Shown: one piece after another, positions 63,779-64,000 of the stretch
How positions within the stretch are numbered: position 1 is the stretch's first letter
Layout: each line of letters opens with the position of its first letter
Source: Lama guanicoe
Taxonomy: Eukaryota
Length of the DNA: 64,000 nucleotides
Direction of reading: 5' to 3'
NCBI GenBank assembly: GCA_013239625.1
Contig: MU054187.1
Location: forward strand, 9,631,231-9,695,230
Made by a program: the position numbers and the translations under genes
The notes under the pieces: generated by a model
Seen by the model: the letters and a program-made list of their open reading frames with translations, nothing else
Told to the model about the DNA's origin: nothing
The model's database searches: none

Positions 63779-64000
63779 ACAGAACTTTATTACTTATGTG
63801 CTAGGAAACTGCCGCTTTATGCAGAACACATTCATATGTTAATTGAAAGCTAGTACTATTTTAATGTTGTACAGTTAGCTCCTTTCACTTATCGTTCTGG
63901 AAATTCTTGCTTTCTGAAACTTTAGATAAGTGAAACTCCCTCAAAATTTCTGAAACATTTGGCACCAAATAGATACATAGTACAGTCCATGAAACCACTC

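Noticed and set aside
1..64000. A novel multi-gene or defence-like system
   Set aside because: The coding content is fully explained by MYBL1 and VCPIP1 in their usual mammalian arrangement; the remainder is repeats and introns

Overview
Mammalian genomic DNA, most likely camelid, judging by two tRNA-derived SINEs resembling the Vic-1 family and cetartiodactyl-type LINE-1 3' ends. The window holds two tandem minus-strand genes. (1) VCPIP1, the OTU deubiquitinase VCIP135, is complete: 3 coding exons (58980-61692, 50414-50500, 40963-41834) give 3672 nt, or 1223 aa plus stop, with a CpG-island promoter near 61-62.3 kb and a long, repeat-poor 3' region. (2) MYBL1 (A-Myb) is present as coding exons 1-14 (ATG at 27791, running down to 312); its last exons lie left of the window, and its CpG-island promoter is near 27.5-28.7 kb. 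All exon boundaries were read by eye and keep frame. The rest is intronic or intergenic DNA with L1, L2, MIR, hAT MITEs, an MLT1 solo LTR and microsatellites. I see no prokaryotic-type or wholly new gene system. The best second-look signals are regulatory: a VCPIP1 exon2/exon3 junction that regenerates its own 5' splice site, a weak non-canonical GC donor in MYBL1 intron 6, an overlapping MYBL1 uORF whose stop comes from the exon1-exon2 junction, a candidate poison exon, hairpin or enhancer in MYBL1 intron 5, a local CpG excess over MYBL1 exons 9-10, an orphan polyadenylated insert, and a tandem duplication that is probably an assembly artefact. Repeat subfamily names and comparisons with human come from recall of consensus sequences, not from a search.
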